From assembly GCA_032718475.1 (NCBI GenBank), contig JAUCBJ010001257.1, positions 97-64,096 of the forward strand: DNA of 64,000 nucleotides, given 5' to 3'. Made by a program: the position numbers and the translations under genes. Below the pieces are notes generated by a model that saw nothing but the letters and a program-made list of their open reading frames with translations, was not told the DNA's origin and made no database searches. The DNA is from Nemertoderma westbladi (taxonomy: Eukaryota > Animalia > Xenacoelomorpha). Below are positions 61,382-64,000 of this stretch, piece after piece. Each line of letters opens with the position of its first letter. Position 1 is the first letter of the stretch.

Positions 61382-64000
61382 TTAGTCTTTCTTACGCGGA
61401 CGGCGTTTACGCAGTTTTTTAAAGCTAGCCAGAGTCCTTTTCTCTTTGGGGCGAGCCACTTTACAAGGAGGGCTATAACTCCTGGGTGAAGGGTGCAATA
61501 TAATTGCATCAGAGGGTGTAGGATTATGGTCGGTGTATCCGCCAGTCGAAGTGCCGGGTTGATTGACATCAACGTCGGGGGAGAGGGGTCTAACGGCTTT
61601 AAGAGCTCGTTTTAAGACAGCCGCTCTTACGGGTCCTTTACGAGTGGTCTGAACGAGAGCCGTGGGTGGACCATAGGCAGTTAGAAACCTCCGGGGTTTA
61701 ATGGTTCTTTCCAACTCGCGTTCGCGGGCTCGGTATTCGTAAGGCCGTCGATATACTTCCTGTAACTCGGGGTGTGAGTTAACAAATAAGTCTCCATAGT
61801 CCGGATCCTGACGGATATAATTGATTAAGTTATAGGAATGAAGGTCACTAGGATTAACACTCCTGAGGAATTTGCGTACGAATTTGGTTGAAATACATTC
61901 TCCGACGCGCTTCAGTAGTTCGTAACTCGATATGCGTGATTTCTGTTCGACAGAAGCGAATAGATAAGGATGGAACGCATAAACTCCTTCGTAAGCGCGT
62001 CCAGGATAATAGCGATGGCGCGAATCACAATGTAAATCAGCGTTCGCTTCCCAAGCTCTGATGTAACGTAGTGTGATCATTTCATCTACGCTTTCCAAAT
62101 CGTGATTAAAAGGGCAATCGAAACTGGCGTGTCCCTTTAGTTGACAATGGTGACATTGAGTCATAAATTGAGGGCAAACCGCAAAAATATGCAAGTTATT
62201 GAGTCTGCAATATGCGCAATAAATTTCCATCGTCGGTTGTTCTTGGAAATAGGAACAGCGGACGTTTGTGTCCATGGGCGTATCATGGTCTCTCGATGCG
62301 CATAACCGACAACGTTGCCTAGAAACATAGTTGGCATGTCGATAATCGTACGCAGTGAGACACTGTGGACCTTGATACCATTCTATGATGTAATCGTTGT
62401 CGCTGTTCTGGGGCGCGATAGGCTGAATCTCCTCAGATTCTAGACATATTGGTTCGTCTTCCAAGTGCATAGCTGAGGTGGGCGTGTCTGTCTCTTCAAG
62501 TGGACCTATTGTCTGAATTTCCACGACAGAATAACCTGTGGGGATTCGAGGTCTTTGTATAACAGAGGAGTGCAAGTTCGATATACAAATCTCTTTGAAA
62601 ATGGCGAATCCAGCGCTATCCAACTTCTCTGCAGCTGAGTTTCTTAGGCTGAGCTTGGTCAAGGCGCGGTCTTTAAATTGGCTATCCACATTGCGGAACG
62701 GGGTTAAAAATCGCCGGAAACATTCGAAGCGGATGAATTTATTATGTTCATCTAGCTTAGCGAGTTTGGTCCCAAGTATTAATGGATGGGCGCGTATAGT
62801 ACGACTGCACACATCGGCTAGCCAACCGGCAAGTGTGGTGTTTTCAAAGATCGTGTAGATAGCTAAGGAGGGACGGAGTGGAACACTCATGAAGCTATAC
62901 ACGGCGCCAGGTGCGGTTAATGGTCCATCAAAGTATAATCGAGAATAATGATCTCCGTATACTTGTTGATAGTTAATGGGATTTCCGACTTTGAAATTCC
63001 ATCCGTATTCCTGAAAGGCAAGATGTCCGATGGAAGTTCGTTGCACCTTTGTAATGTTGCTAGACGTATTAGCATACATGGTGCGGAAGAAACCTCGACC
63101 TTCTGCCCAGGGAGCAATCAGCTGAGTATCAACGAAAGGGTATGGAATGTTCTCCATATTCCGAAAGTCGTTTTGGAGATCTCCATAAACAGCTGAGCCG
63201 ATTTGAAGGATTCTTTCGTTGAACAACATCTCGAGTACGGGCTGGGGTAACATCGATCCATCGATACCCATGGCCGGTTTGCGTTCGGTGTCAATGACGT
63301 AACGCTGCGCGAGTTCGAATTGTCCATGTCGGAGATTCTTTTGTGTTTCGGTGAGAGTTTCAAAGGAATAATCAATCACGTCGGAACACGCTCGAGTAAA
63401 CACGTGGGTAGAACCAGCTAATCCGCGTATGTGGATCATGCGCGTAGTTCCTAGTTCTCCGACCGGAACGCTACCTTCATTATCGTAGGTGACAACTCCA
63501 TACATCTCAATAACATTAAGAGTTTCATTCCACTCCTTGGTGGCGTTCTCTAGGGTCATCCCTACTGGATGCCACAAGGTGGCGCATTGGTTAGCGTCAG
63601 GGAGATCACTATACTTCATGTGCCGAGTGGTATACGTCTCCACATTTCCATATCTTTGTATTTTCTCTTCTTCAAATAATACATCTAGATTCCAATGGAC
63701 TAATCGAGTTTTAATAAATCCATCGAGATTATAAGGAGGTTCTATATCCTTCTCGATTCAAGAAATGTTATATGGTTTTCTAAATGAGTTTACCTTTACT
63801 AACTGATCCAGATGTTTCTGCAATTGTTCGAGTTCGACAATGTCTAGAGGATTTATTAGTGGTAGAAACTTTAAATTATGCGTCGAGTCTTCTGGTTTTA
63901 CCATATAATATTGAGTCAGATTAACGTAATAAGGGTGGTCTTTAATCCCATAAAACGAGTTCTGTAAAGGTCTAGCGCGTATGTTGACATCGTGTACCAT
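61382..64000 (-). CDS. Intronless ORF with DEDDy-like 3'-5' exonuclease domain, three Cys/His Zn-knuckle modules and a basic tail; one in-frame TGA at 63758-63760; 5' end outside the window; probably transposon-encoded
   Basis: VVTYDNEGS (ExoI), LEMLFNERILQIGSAVYGDL (ExoII), FVDTQ, SIGHLAFQEYGWNFK, CHHCQLKGHASFDC; the two track ORFs (63758-64000 and 61382-63643) share one frame. Confidence 0.65.

Overview
This is an animal (probably invertebrate) genomic window, not prokaryotic. About 19 kb is minisatellite: 33/32-bp, 52-bp, 21-bp (two inverted arrays), 45-bp and 38-bp units. These arrays generate most of the spurious ORFs in the track. All recognisable host genes lie on the minus strand and are unusually intron-poor: RBM28, a small secreted Cys-rich protein with Gla-propeptide-like features, TRUB2, TIMM9, an MGAT4/GT54 enzyme lacking its lectin domain, a FAM20C-like kinase with a candidate 14-nt micro-exon, and the 3' exons of XPO7. 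Mobile DNA includes LINE remnants (RTE and others), a decayed BEL/Pao gag, a tRNA-derived SINE, a Helentron-HINE-like element, two hAT elements with perfect 8-bp TSDs, a piggyBac-like TIR pair and several MITEs. Top leads: (1) a reading frame of 873 codons in the window, open at the right edge, encoding a DEDDy-type 3'-5' exonuclease plus Zn knuckles, split by one in-frame TGA and followed by a PPT/TG-like junction, apparently inside an XPO7 intron; (2) the Gla-like secreted protein; (3) co-oriented, tightly spaced genes with splice acceptors just upstream of their ATGs. All assignments come from motif recognition by eye; no database searches were run.
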